From: Fonticula alba ATCC 38817
Taxonomy: Eukaryota > Protista > Nucleariida
DNA: 25,271 bases
NCBI GenBank assembly: GCA_000388065.2
Contig: KB932202.1
Reading direction: 5' to 3' (one strand)
The translations under genes and the position numbers were made by a program. Of the stretch, positions 25,144 through 25,271 are shown one piece after another (the first letter of the stretch is position 1; every line of letters begins with the position of its first letter). The notes under the pieces are model-generated. The model made no database searches and was not told the DNA's origin. It saw nothing but the letters and a program-made list of their open reading frames with translations.

Positions 25144-25271
25144 CTGGGGAAAGGAAAAGCCGAGGCGACCGCAGGCGGGGCCAGAGGGGAAGGGATCAGG
25201 CCACGGCATGGGGTCAGACAAAGAGGCGCGAGACCAGGCGCCCACACCCCGGGGGGGGGGGGGGGGGGGGG

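Overview
GC-rich eukaryotic genomic DNA with spliceosomal introns. Its style suggests a unicellular opisthokont, possibly Fonticula-like; this is inference, not verified. Five protein-coding genes were reconstructed by hand from splice sites and family motifs, and every exon join was checked for phase. (1) The last exon of an unidentified His/Ser/Pro-rich protein (+, 39-1289). (2) VAC14 (-, 10 exons, 5824-1611, about 919 aa). (3) A coiled-coil golgin with a degenerate GRAB domain and GA1 motif, TRIP11/GMAP-210/Rud3-like (-, 9037-6815, about 590 aa). (4) A PMT2/POMT2-type protein O-mannosyltransferase (+, 6 exons, 10115-14014, about 857 aa). (5) The 3' part of a very large IP3 receptor (-, 8 exons visible, 25143-14431, about 2770 aa visible). 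There are two N gaps. No rRNA, tRNA, CRISPR array or transposon was recognised. The most unusual signals are in intron architecture: none of 23 donors has A at +4 (20 have C), branch-point candidates often lie far upstream behind AG-free zones of up to 299 nt, and introns are filled with microsatellites, homopolymers and long purine/pyrimidine alternating tracts. Protein-level oddities are a GRAB golgin with a Cys/His insert, and an IP3R with RyR-like pore and tail motifs, a minimal luminal face and large cytosolic inserts. Reference protein motifs are quoted from memory and need confirming by alignment.
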